From Mustelus asterias (lineage: Eukaryota), in the NCBI RefSeq assembly GCF_964213995.1, contig NC_135808.1, positions 22,630,001 to 22,694,000 on the forward strand: DNA of 64,000 nt, read 5' to 3'. The notes under the pieces are model-generated. The model did not search any database. It was not told the origin of the DNA and saw nothing but the letters and a program-made list of their open reading frames with translations. Shown here piece by piece: positions 22,301 to 33,224 of this stretch. Every line of letters begins with the position of its first letter. Within the stretch, counting starts at the first letter, position 1. Position numbers and translations under genes: made by a program.

Positions 22301-25300
22301 GGAGGGAGGGTCGGTGAGTGAGGGGGGAGTGAGAGTCGGTGAGTGAGGGGTGGAGTGAGAGTTGGTGATTGAGGGGGGAGTGAGAGTCGGTGAGTGAGGG
22401 GGAACTGAGTCGTTGTGCGAATGTGAGTGAGGGGGGAGTGGGAGTCGGTGAGTGAGGGGGAACTGAGTCGTTGTGCGAATGTGAGTGAGGGGGGAGTGAG
22501 AGTCGGTTAGTGAGGGGGGAGTAGGAATCAGTGGGTGAGGGAGGAGTGAGTGGGAATCGGTGAGTGAGGGGGGAGTGAGAGTCGGTGAGTGAGGAGGGAG
22601 TGAGAGTCGGTGAGTGAGGCGGGAGTGAGAGTCGGTGAGTGAGGCAGGAGTGAGATTCGGTGAGGGTGGAGGTATTGGGAATCAGTGGGTGAGTGAGGAG
22701 TGAGTGGGAATCGGTGAGTGAGGGGGGAGTGAGAGTCGGTGAATGAGGGGGGAGTGAGAGTCGGTGAGTGAGGGGGGAGTGAGAGTTGGTGAGAGAGGGG
22801 GGAGTGAGAGTCGGTGAGTGAGGGGGAATGAGAGTCGGTGAGTGAGGGGGGAGTGGGAGTCGGAGGGTGAGGGGGAGTGAGAGTCGGTGACTGAGGGGGG
22901 AGTGAGAGTCGGTGAGTGAGGGGGGAGTGAGAGTCGGTGAGTGAGCGGGGAGTGAGAGTCGGTGAGTGAAGGGGGAGGGAGGGTCGGTGAGTGAGGGGGA
23001 AGTGAGAGTCGGTGAGTGAGGGGCGGAGTGAGAGTTGGTGATTGAGGGCGGAGTGGGAGTCGGTGAGTGAGGGGGGAGTGAGAGTCGGTGAGTGAGGGGG
23101 AACTGAGTCGTCGTGCGAATGTGAGTGAGGGGGGAGTGAGAGTCGGTGAGTGAGGGGGGAGTGAGAGTCGGTGAGTGAGGGGGGAGTGAGAGTCGGTGAG
23201 TGAGGAGTGAATGAGAATCGGTTAGTGAGGTGGGAGTAGGAATCAGTGGGTGAGGGAGGAGTGAGTGGGAATCGGTGAGTGAGGGGGGAGTGAGAGTCGG
23301 TGAGTGAGGAGGGAGTGAGTGTCGGTGAGTGAGGCGGGAGTGAGATTCGGTGAGGGTGGAGGTAGTGGGAATCAGTGGGTGAGGGGGGAGCGAGAGTGGG
23401 TGAGTGAGGGGGGAGCGAGAGTGGGTGAGTGAGGGGGGAGCGAGAGTTGGTGAGTGAGGAGGGAGCGAGAGTCGGTGAGTGAGGAGGGAGCGGGAATCAG
23501 TGGGTCAGGGTGAGTGAGGGGGGAGTGAGTGGGAATCAGTGGGTGAGGTGGGAGTGAGTGGGAATCGGTGGGTGAGTGAGAGGGGGGTGGGAATCAGTGG
23601 GTGAGGGGGACTGAGTCATTGAGTGACGCGTGACAGATAGAGAGAAAGGTAGAAAACACCGAGTGCATTTTGCAGAAAGCTGGAGGGAGATACTTATTTT
23701 CTATCAGCTTCCAGACTGCAATTTCCAGACAGAGAAAGGGAGAGAGAAAGAGCTGCTCCTTCCTTTTTCAAATTGAAACAGCAACTGCCTGCCTGTCCCT
23801 CTGTAACCCAAACTGCTCCCATTGACATGATTTCCTTCTTGCCAATCAACCGAATTACACCCGACTCTGAAACACCAGGAGAAAACCACAACATTTCACA
23901 AAACTGCATTCGCTGAGTTTAAAACAAACACCCCAATAATTAGGAGCAATGATTCTTCCGCATTATATTGTGAAGTTTATGTTTTTAAAATGATAACACA
24001 ATTGTAAAAATGCTCGGAGCAGAAGGCATTGCATGGGCTGTTTAAAAAAAGGTTTTTATTTCTGTACTGAAGAGTAGGCTGTACACTGCTGTACACTGTA
24101 CATTGTATCATGAGCCTGGGCAGTAACTTTAAACAATCAGTTTAAATTAGGGATTTGAATAGCAGCAGCCTCTCAGATTTGAATTTGATGTTTTGATAAC
24201 TAGTGGTAAACCAATCCTATTGTGGGGATTTTTGATATGTCATCAGGGGTATAAAAGCCACACTCCTGCCTCTGCCAGCAAATGCATCTGCCACGGTTTA
24301 CAGCTTGAGAGAGAGAGGGAGAGAGAGACAGACAGCAACTGTCTCTAACAGAGTGACAGCCACATTTATGTCTTAAAAGAAAGCCTCATCTCAAGCGTAA
24401 AGGTACAAACGGAAGTTAGTGGAAACAGAAGATAAAGACAGAGCATTCCGGAAGATGACAAAACTGGTTAAAATTTTGAGAGTGACTAGAAATTCAAATT
24501 GTTTTGTAAAAAATGGGAATTGGATTTATCTAAAGAGCATTCCATTGGAATCGTGCTTTATTCGGTTTGTTAATTGTTTAGTTAACCTGATTGCTGTTAG
24601 TTAGATAAATATTGTGTTACTTGTTGCTTTACAGAGGGAATCTCAGGTAGTTATTTTGATTTGATCACTAAAAGTTGCTGAAGTGCAGATATTAAACCTT
24701 CTCACACACATTTTAACAGATTATGAAGGGACGTAATGCTCTTTCAGTGGCTGAGTATCAGTTCTCAGAGAGGAGATCAACTTCCACTTCGTAACAATCA
24801 TCAGCATGTGGGTTGCTGCAGTCATCAGAGTTGACATATAAAACAGTCCCTTTAGAAGAAATACAAATACATTCCTTAAAGGCACAGTTCTGACACGGGA
24901 CTTAGAGTGAGTGAGGGAGGGAAGGAGGGAGAGTCGGTGAGTGAGGGGGGAGTGAGAGTGGGTGAGTGAGGGGGGAGTGAGGGGGGCGTGAGAGTCGGTG
25001 AGTGAGGGGGGCGTGGGAGTCGGTGAGTGAGGGCGCGTGAGAGTCGGTGAGTGAGGGGGGAGTGAGAGTCGGTGAGTGAGGGGGGAGTGAGAGTCAGTGA
25101 GTGAGGGGGGAGTGAGAGTCGTGAGTGAGGGGGGAGTGAGAGTCGTTGAGTGAGGGGTGAGTGAGAGTGGGTGAGTGAGAGTGGGTGAGTGAGGGAGGAG
25201 TGAGAGTCTTTGAGTGAGGGGGGAGTGAGAGTCTTTGAGTGAGGGGGGAGTGAGAGTCGGTGAGTGAGGGGGGAGTGAGAGTCGGTGAGTGAGGGGGGAG

Positions 25301-28300
25301 TGAGAGTCGGTGAGTGAGGGGGGAGTGAGAGTGGGTGTGTGAGCGGGGAGTGAGAGTCGGTGAGTGAGTGGGGGAGTGAGAGTCGGTGAAGGGGGTGATG
25401 CCGGGACCCTCCATCTCGAGGTTCCTGTACTGACTCCTCTTTCTTTCTCTCTCAGTTGCCCCGATCGTGTCCTTTACCCGTCTGGGTGATTCTAACCAGC
25501 TGTCCTGTGCCGTCACTGGGTTTTACCCTCAAGCCATCGAGGTGAATCTGTGGAGAGATGAAGTGGTGATTGATGAGACTCTGTCCAGTGGGATCTTACC
25601 CAATCACGACAGCACCTACCAGATCCGGAAATGGGCAGAGTTTGATCCAGAGGACCAGGCCGAGTATTCCTGTCGGGTGGAACACAGCGGGATGAATGAG
25701 ACACTGGTGGTGATTTACGGTAAGACTATTTCTCACTGTTCGAGAGGACCCAGCCTCAGACCAGGGTCACAGGAGGGAGGGTCAGTGCTGAGCTGTCAGC
25801 CCAGGACAGCCTGAGGCCCAGTATAGAGCAAGAAGGAAATAAATATTAATCTTCAATGCATTACATCATCATGGTGTCACCATTAAAGGAAAGTGATTGT
25901 GTGTCCTGGGATTTTACTGTGCAATCTGCCCCAGTGTATCCTGCGATATTATAGCATGACAGGGCCCGGTGCATTGTGGCAAATAACAGGAAGTGCAGGA
26001 CCCATTGCATTGTTGAATATTATAGTAGGAAAGGGCGCCTGTGGATCATGAGATATTACTGTGTGACAGGCCAGTGTATCCTGAGATATTACAGTATTAC
26101 AGGGCCAGTGTATCCTGGGATATTACAGTATGACAGGGCCAGTGTATCCTGGGATATTCCAGTATGACAAGGCCAGTGTATCCTGGGATATTACAGTATT
26201 ACAGGGCCAGTCTATCCTGGGATATTACAGAATGACAAGGCCAGTGTATCCTGGGATAGTACAATCTTACAGGGCCACTGTATCCTGGGATATTACAGTA
26301 TTACAGGGCCAGTGTATCCTGGGATATTACAATATTACAGGGCCAGTGTATCCTGGGATATTACAGTATTACAGTGTCACTGTATCCTGGGATATTACAG
26401 TATTACAGGGCCAGTGTATCCTGGGATATTATAGTGTGACAGGGCCAGTGTATCCTGGGCTATTACAGTATTACAGGGCCAGTGTATCCTGGGATATTAC
26501 AGTATGACAGGGCCAGTGTATCCTGGGATATTACAGTATGACAGGGCCGAGTGTATCCTGGGATATTACAGTATTACAGGGCCAGTGTATCCTGGGATAT
26601 TACAGTATGACAGGGCCAGTGTATCCTGGGCTATTACAGTATAAAGTTTAACAACACCAGGTTAAAGTCCAACAGGTTTATTTGGTAGCTTTTGCTACCA
26701 AATAAACCTGTTGGACTTTAACCTGGTGTTGTTAAACTTCTTACTGTGTTTACCCCAGTCCAACGCCGGCATTTCCACACTATTACAGTATTACAGGGCC
26801 AGTGTATCCTGGGATATTACAGTATGACAGGGCCAGTGTATCCTGGGATATTACAGTATGACAGGGCCAGTGTATCCTGGGATATTACAGTATGACAGGG
26901 CCAGTGTATCCTGGGATATTACAGTATTACAGGGCCAGTGTATCCTGGGATATTACAGTATGACAGGGCCGAGTGTATCCTGGGATATTACAGTATTACA
27001 GGGCCAGTGTATCCTGGGATATTACAGTATGACAGGGCCAGTGTATCCTGGGATATTACAGTATTACAGGACCTAGTGTATTCTGGATGTTTACTCCAGT
27101 CAACTTCGGATGAATGTTCAGAAAAATACTGGAACTCTGTCTATTGGAGAGAATTCATGAAAATCTAGAAAGTCTATTTGGACTTCAGTAAGGCCTTTGA
27201 TAAATTTCTATATGGCAGGCTGCTCTGGAAGGTGAGATCACATGGAATCCAGGGAGAGCTGGCAAATTGCTGATGTAATTGTCGTGATGATAGGAAGGAG
27301 AAGGTAATGGTGGAAGGGTGCTTGTCGGACTGGATGCCTGTGACTAGTGTATGCCCCAGGGGTCGGTGCTGGGCCCATTGCTGTTTGTTATCTATATCAA
27401 CAATTTGGATGAGAATGTACAAGGCATGATCAGTAAGTTTGCAGAAGACACTAAAGTAGGTGGTATTTTAGGCAGTGAGGAAGCTTGTCAAAAATTGGAG
27501 CAGGATCTTGATCAGCTGGAGAAATGGGCCGAGAAATGGCAAATGGAGTTCAACACAGATGAGTGTGAGCTGTTGCATTTTGGAAAGTCAAATCAAGCTC
27601 AGACTTTAACAGTGAATTGTAGGACCTTAGGGAGTTTCGTTGAACTTAGGGACCTTGGAGTTCAGGTGCACAGTTCTCTGAAAGTGGAGTCACAGGTAGA
27701 TAGGGCAGTGAAGAAGCCTTTTGGCACGCTGGCCTTCAGTCAAGTCACTGAGTATAGAAGTTGGGAAGTTATGTTGCAGTTGCACAGGACGTTGGTGAGG
27801 CCGCACTTGGAGTATTGTGTTCAGTTTTGGTCGCCCTGCTACAGGAAATATGTTATTAAACTCGAAAGAGTACAGAAGAGATTTACAAGGATGTTGCCAG
27901 GACTGAAGGGACTGTGTTGTAGGGAGAGATTGGACATGCGAGGACTTTTTTCCTTTGGAGCGTAGGAGACTAAGGGGTGATCTTGTAGAGGTATATAATA
28001 AGATCATGAGGGACATGGATAGGGTGAATGCACTCAGTCTTTTTCCCAGGGTTGGGGAATCGAGAACTCGAGAGCATAGGTTTATGTTAAGAGGGGAAAA
28101 AATTAATGGAAACCTGAGGAGCAACTGTTTTACACAGAGAATGGTACATATGTGCAAAGAGCTGCCGGAGGAAGTGGTTGAAGCAGGGACATTGACAACA
28201 TTTAAAAGGCATTTGGACAGATACATGGATCTGAAAGGTTTAGGGGGATATGGGTCAAATACAGGCAAATGGAGTTAAGTTAGATGGATATTTTGGTCGG

Positions 28301-31300
28301 CTAGGGCCAGTTTCGGCCAAAGGGCCTGCCTCTGTTCCGTAGATTCTATGAAAGCAAAAAATATGAGAGTTGTGATAACCCCCAGCACCTACAAGGGGAA
28401 TCCCTGATTGACCCCCCAGTCAGACTCATGGGAATCTGAGTTCCAGTGGTGATAGGCAATTGCCTAACCAGGTGGAACTCGTATCCAGAGCCCTTGATAA
28501 GTCAATCCCTTGAGCGTGTCCGGTGTTCTATCATCCTGGATGGGACTCATGTACATGGACCACAAAGTTGTGTTTTAACTTTTACTTTGACAAATACAAT
28601 ATCGAATGATGAAAATGTGAGCTGGAAACTATGTTTGGCAGCCTGGTACAGATGGGGACATAGAGGAACTGGTTCAAACATGCAAAGCTTGCCAGGATAA
28701 CCAGGGGGCCCCACCAGTAGCCTCTCTGTTCTCCTGGGAATGGCCGGGAAGTCCTTGGATTGTGCAGGGCCATTTATGGGCTCAATGTTTCTGATATTGA
28801 TTGATGCCCACCCGAAGTAGATTGGTCTACACCGGGTGGCTTTTACCACTTCATATAACACCATAGAAAAGCTCGGGCAGTCTTTCAGTACGCATGAGAT
28901 ACCAGAGGTCCTCGTAACAGGCAATGGGACCCGTTTACCAGTGAAGAGTTCAAAACATTCATGACCACAAATGGAGTAAGACATGTCTGCACAGCCCCAT
29001 ATCACCTCTCATTGAATGGCTTCACAGGGCGAGCAGTCCAAGTAGAATCATAGAACCTTAGAAACCCTACAATGCAGAAAGAGGCCATCTGGCCCATTGA
29101 GTCTGCACCGACCACAATCCCACCCAGGCCCTACCCCCATATCCCTACACATTTACCCGCTAATCCCTCTAACCTACGCATCTCAGGACACTAAGGGGCA
29201 ATTTTAGCATGGCCAGTCAACCTAACCCGCAGATCTTTGGGTTCAAAAGCAGTTCAAAAAAGTGTTCAAAAGCAGCATGAAAAAAACAAACTCAGGGCTC
29301 CTTGGGCACAAAGTTGGTACAGTTCATTTTAACTCCAGGGCAACCCTGTACATAATGACGGGTTTCGCCCCAGCAGAATTCCTGATGGGCACACGCCTGC
29401 GGGATCAGGCTGAGCCTCACTTTCCTGAATCTAAGTGTAAAAATTGAGGAGAAACAAAAAGCACAAAATATGGGCCAAGGGGGGGCATTCGCCTGATTGG
29501 AATTTTAAACCAGGAGACACCGTCCACGTGCAAAACTTTGGAGATAGCACCCAATGGACACCACGGGTTCCTCCCTCAAGGATCGGCCCAGTGTTATACA
29601 CTGTAAAAACTGAAGACAAGATAGTAAGGAAACATATTGACCCTCTGACGCCGTCCGAAACGTTCGACAGAAGCAACTGGCACATCGAACGTGCCATCTT
29701 CGGCACCGTGCACATCGACTGGCAGCAAAGAAACTCAACCAACGCTTGGCTTCAAAACAGCTGGGGAGGACTCGGCCTTAGAAATGGAAATTGAGGCAGC
29801 GGAATCTCAGCCAGAGGTTGTTGTGGAGAGTGAGCCACCTGCAGTGACACTTCGGCGGTCATCAAGAAAGAGACGGTCGCCGACTCGATGGACCTCTCCT
29901 GACCAGGTGGAGGATGCAATGGAAAGAAAGCCATTGGTCAAAGGATGAAGATGTTCTTGACATCTCAGGAGTGAGGGAGAGCCCTCAGGCATGGAGGTGG
30001 AGGGATGTGATAACCCCGAGTACCTACAAAGGGAATCCCTGGTTGACCTCCCAGTAAGACTCATGGGATACGAGTGCCTGGGTGATTGGCAATTGCCTAA
30101 CCAGGTGGAACCCGTATCCAGAGCCCTTGATAAGGCGGTCCCCTGAGCGTCCGGTATTCTATCATCCAAATGGAACTCATGTACACGTACCACAGGGTTG
30201 TGTTTTAATTTTACTTTGACAAACAAAACATTGTTCCTTTCCAGTCGGCTTCCTGAGTTATTACAATAATGAATAGTCAGCATGGATCTTGAAATGGAGA
30301 GTCTTGTTTTACTCCACTTAGTGGATTTTTTGAGGATGTAACAGGTGATGATAATGTAGTAGATATAATTTAATATGATTTTTTCAATGTAATAGATAAG
30401 GTGACTGGTGATAGACTAATGGATAAGGTCAGAGAATGTGGAGTTAGGGAAAAGTGACAGAATGGATTGCTCACTGACTTTGAGACAGAAAGCAGAGAGT
30501 GTGAGTAAAGGGAGTTATTCAGAGTTACAGACAGTGGGAAATGGTGTCCCACAAGGATCAGTGCTCGGCTCACCACTGTTTACAATTTACACTCAATGAT
30601 TTGGTTATTGGAACCAAGAACACCATGGGTAGAATTTTACGACCTCATAATGCCCATTTTTCAGCATGAAGATGTACTAAATTGGGGAGTGAGCTGACTG
30701 GTGGGAATAGTGCCCCTTTTCCCATCCATTCCTACCTGACCAAAAGAGAATGGGTGAAAATGGGTCAATTTGCATTTTTGTGCATTCATCACAATGTAAC
30801 AAGCGAGCTTCAGTGTTGTCCTGGGAACCACGCAAGACAGGCAATAGCTGGCCCACCTGAAAGCTTTGGGACTCCTCCCAACAGCCTCACAGTTGGTCCA
30901 GTGTTGCTGTCAGCCCTTCCTGCATTCCCTGGCTCAGTTGCTGCATCTCCAGCAGCGGGGATTTGGTCATTAGGCACAGCGGTTAGCGCTGCTGCCTCTG
31001 TCATGATAGGGTTGGCAGGGGAGAGGGTCATGTCACTTGGCAATTAGGGGCAGGGGGTGATGAGGGGATCATGTGCAAGGGGGTGTAAGGAGGGTAAGGC
31101 AGTTGGAAAATTGGGCAGAGTCCCTGATGTCCGTGGCGGGGAGGGTGAGGCTGTATCTGGCCGGGGGAAGGGTCGGGGGGGGGGGGGGGGGGAGTTGTGG
31201 CAGGGTAACGGCTGCCTTTTTCGCCTTTTCTGCGAATGTGCAGTTTGTGGCTCCGATCTGAGCTGCAGGCTGTCTGTCGGGTTATGCCCCAACCACTGCC

Positions 31301-32997
31301 TCTTTTGGATAGAAACAGTCTAGCCCATATTGTCAATATTTACGTCTGTAAGATTGGGAGTGAAAACACGCTCAAAGAAATGGTTCAGGCACTCTCTCGT
31401 TTTCACGCCAGCCGGACAATGAAAATAATCTCGGAAAATTCCGCCCCATTTCTCAATTTGCAGAGGACATCAAATTGTGATGAATTAGTCAATATTGAGG
31501 AGAACTGCAATACATTAATTGGACATTCATAAACTTTTAGAATGAGCAAATAATTGGTGAATGGAGTTCAGCACAGATAAACGTGAAGGTAGTTTTCTGT
31601 TAAAGATGTATCGGGAGGTCACTTATTACCTGGAAGGTGCCGGTGTGGATGGAGTTGAGGAACAAAGGGATCTGGGTGTACAAATACACCAATCAGTAAC
31701 AGGTTAGACAAGGTCATAAACAAAATAAATGGAAAACCAGGTTTTATTTCTCGAGAGATTGAATTGTAAAGCAGGGATGTTATTGCTAAACCTGTATCAG
31801 CCTTCATTATAGGACATTTAGCACGTGTGCAGTTCCGGTCACCATTTCATACAAAGGATATAGATTCAGGGGAGAGAGTGCAGAGATGATTTACAAAGAT
31901 GATTCCAGGAATGAGTGGGTGGACATCTCGGTGAAGGATTGACCGGGTCTCCGCACTCAGGAAAACAGAAGGCTGAGGGTTGACCTAGTCGAGGTCTTGA
32001 AAATCATAGAACCCTACAGTGCAGAAGGAGGCCATTCGGCCCATCGAGTCTGCACCGACCACAATCCCACCCAAGCCCTACCCCCACATATTTACCCGCT
32101 AATCCCTCTAACCTACGCATCTCAGGGGCAATTTTTAACCTGGCCAATCAACCTAACCCGCACATCTTTGTGGGAGGAAACCGGAGCACCCGGAGGAAAC
32201 CCACGCAGACACGAGGAGAATGTGCAAACTCCACACAGACAGTGACCCGAGCCGGGAATCGAACCCAGGACCCTGGAGCTGTGAAGCAGCAGTGCTAACC
32301 ACTGTGCTACCGTGCCGCCCAAAATTATGCAAGGTTTTTATAGACTGGAAACAGAAAGAATGTTTGCTCTTGTGGGAAGGACAAACTGGAGGCCATCAAT
32401 GCAGGATAGTCACCAAGAAACGCAATGGGAAATTCAGGAGAGATCTCTTTACCAAAGAATGAAGAGAATGTGAAGCTCGCTACTGCAGGGAGTGGCTGAA
32501 CTGAACAGTAGATTAAGAGGAAAATAGACAAGCAAAAGAGAAGGGAATAGAGTTAAAATGGTTGAATTAGATGTGGGAAGATGGGAGGAGGCTCAAGTGG
32601 AACATAAACACCAGCATCAACTGGATGGGTTGATTGGCTGATTTTTATGTCGTATATCCTGTGTTTCCTGATTCTCTCTCTCTCTCTGACTCACTCTCTT
32701 TCATTTTGTCTCTCTCTCTGATTTCTCTCTCTTTCTGATTCTCTCTCTCTCCCTCCCTTCTTGGCCTCTTTCATTCTCTCCCACTTTCACGTTCTCTCTC
32801 TCCCTCTCTCTGATTCTCACTTTTCCCTCTCCCTGATTCACTCAGTCTCTCTGATTCTCTCTCTAACAGAAGCAAAGTCTCGCTCCCAGGTTGCTGTTAC
32901 TGTCGGGATTGTGGTCGGGGTCCTCGTGCTCATCGCTCTCATCATTGTGGCTGTCGTCATCTACACCAAGAAAGGCAGGAATTTGAAGGGAAAATAG
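10262..32997 (+). CDS. Non-classical MHC class I heavy chain, gene B (UEA/UCA-like by residue pattern). join(10262..10310,18958..19218,19583..19855,25456..25719,32870..32997), 324 aa in the read-through form
   Basis: Five exons, all joined by phase-1 GT-AG introns, with no stops. GSHSLR start, C101-C164 and C203-C259 equivalents, C1-set alpha3 and a TM segment. The 3' end is uncertain (see findings). Confidence 0.88.
10440..10800 (+). repeat. ~43-bp degenerate minisatellite (gggtgttggtgttttggggttcacaccctgatgtctctctctct) in gene B intron 1
   Basis: Tandem units. One further unit forms the alpha1 acceptor region at 18908-18957, beyond the LTR element. Confidence 0.8.
13513..13822 (+). mobile_element. 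HE1-type SINE nested in the Gypsy integrase
   Basis: Canonical head, and gatgggccaagtggcctccttctgcact tail. Confidence 0.85.
13862..16370 (-). mobile_element. CR1-like LINE (~13862-14826 + ~16041-16370) interrupted by a second CR1 (~14827-16040), both minus strand, nested in the Gypsy element
   Basis: Outer element: [15 protein letters not shown] and ALDIKATF. Inner element: [32 protein letters not shown] and a cataagaa tail. Confidence 0.85.
18958..19218 (+). CDS. Gene B alpha1 exon ([29 protein letters not shown]...ISLSQQTG)
   Basis: tttttcag acceptor, gtgagt donor, 261 bp. Class I alpha1 signature. Confidence 0.95.
19583..19855 (+). CDS. Gene B alpha2 exon ([13 protein letters not shown]...WNGQD...[19 protein letters not shown])
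   Basis: ccacag acceptor, gtgagt donor, 273 bp. Both alpha2 cysteines present. Confidence 0.95.
21040..21793 (-). mobile_element. Partial solo LTR (related to the intron-1 Gypsy LTR) carrying a nested, internally deleted second solo LTR at 21371-21692
   Basis: Reverse complement matches gtttcagagtcggg..gattg and tgtg..actgtgcctttaag of the 18147 LTR. The nested element runs TG...CA with ATTA TSD. Confidence 0.7.
23635..24897 (-). mobile_element. Duplicate of the composite LTR, with the longer nested solo LTR at 23966-24796 (TATA-like gtataaaag ~24250)
   Basis: Near-identical to 21040-21793 plus ~500 bp of extra internal sequence. Confidence 0.7.
25456..25719 (+). CDS. Gene B alpha3 exon (Ig C1-set; [10 protein letters not shown]...LPNHDSTYQ...YSCRVEHSG)
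   Basis: ctctctcag acceptor, gtaaga donor, 264 bp. C1-set motifs. Confidence 0.96.
25930..27075 (+). repeat. 34-bp minisatellite (acagggccagtgtatcctgggatattacagtatg) in gene B intron 4
   Basis: Homogeneous tandem units with no spacers. Internal TATCC-TG-GGATA dyad. Confidence 0.95.
26643..26779 (+). mobile_element. Short fold-back Penelope-like insertion inside the 34-bp minisatellite
   Basis: Palindrome of the PLE terminus plus tail ccccagtccaacgccggcatttccaca. TSD ctattacagtat. Confidence 0.85.
27170..28350 (+). mobile_element. 5'-truncated CR1 LINE (RT C-terminal half + 3'UTR)
   Basis: [40 protein letters not shown]. Confidence 0.9.
28371..30270 (+). mobile_element. Internally deleted Gypsy-type LTR element (LTRs start 28371 and 30006) retaining only integrase remnants, with a SINE fragment at ~29044-29240 (-)
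   Basis: Direct repeats tgtgataacccc..acctacaa..gggaatccctg. Purine tract before 30006. Integrase-like [15 protein letters not shown] and TAPYH. Confidence 0.75.
30627..31446. mobile_element. Non-autonomous DNA transposon (PIF/Harbinger-like MITE)
   Basis: Terminal inverted repeats gggtagaatttt / aaaattccgccc. 3-bp TSD CAT at 30624-30626 and 31447-31449. Confidence 0.7.
32004..32320 (-). mobile_element. Young full-length HE1-type SINE
   Basis: Complete head and tail, aaaat flanking duplication. Absent from the paralogous site at ~525. Confidence 0.9.
32870..32997 (+). CDS. Gene B TM exon (32870-32974) plus read-through to TAG (…[14 protein letters not shown])
   Basis: AG at 32868-32869. 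The donor is gcagga (gtagga in gene A). In-frame TAG at 32995-32997. Confidence 0.85.
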
Positions 32998-33224
32998 CAG
33001 CTCCTCACTGGGGGGAGGGATTGTGGGAGAGTATTCCAGGTGGGGGTGGCTCAGGCTGTGGGACTCAGGTTGGTGTGGAGGAGGTCACAGAGTGGGTGGG
33101 AGAGCCGCAGGGTTGGGATAGGGAGGGTGAGGGGCTCAAGAAAAAGGGGGAGAGTTTGAGAATTCTGGGTTCTCATGTTGGATGAGGAGTTGAGGGCATC
33201 AGTGAGAGTCCCGGATCCCTGCAG

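Larger units (their letters stand above)
19856..25390 (+). repeat. G-rich ~23-24-bp minisatellite (gagagtcggtgagtgagggggga) filling gene B intron 3, in three blocks (~19856-21010, ~21800-23610, ~24900-25390)
   Basis: Direct tandem repetition, with a ~307-bp higher-order duplication near 19900-20500. Confidence 0.95.
30290..32670 (+). mobile_element. Degenerate CR1 LINE hosting a MITE and a SINE; paralog of 1-870
   Basis: ggtgtcccacaaggatcagtgctcgg (GVPQGSVL). ISQFAEDIK is restored when the MITE is removed. Confidence 0.75.

Noticed and set aside
19695-25516. Pro/Ser/His/Thr-rich minus-strand ORFs
   Set aside because: Antisense translations of the intron-3 minisatellite.
25930-27075. 34-bp partly palindromic repeat resembling a CRISPR array
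   Set aside because: Head-to-tail units with no spacers and no cas genes, in a vertebrate intron. The single interruption is a Penelope insertion.
32240-32320. tRNA-like A/B box sequences (here and in other SINE copies)
   Set aside because: SINE heads continuous with SINE body and tail; not tRNA genes.
10262-32997. Calling gene B classical UAA or giving it a lineage symbol
   Set aside because: The anchor residues are absent, so it is not classical. The exact lineage needs a phylogeny I cannot run.
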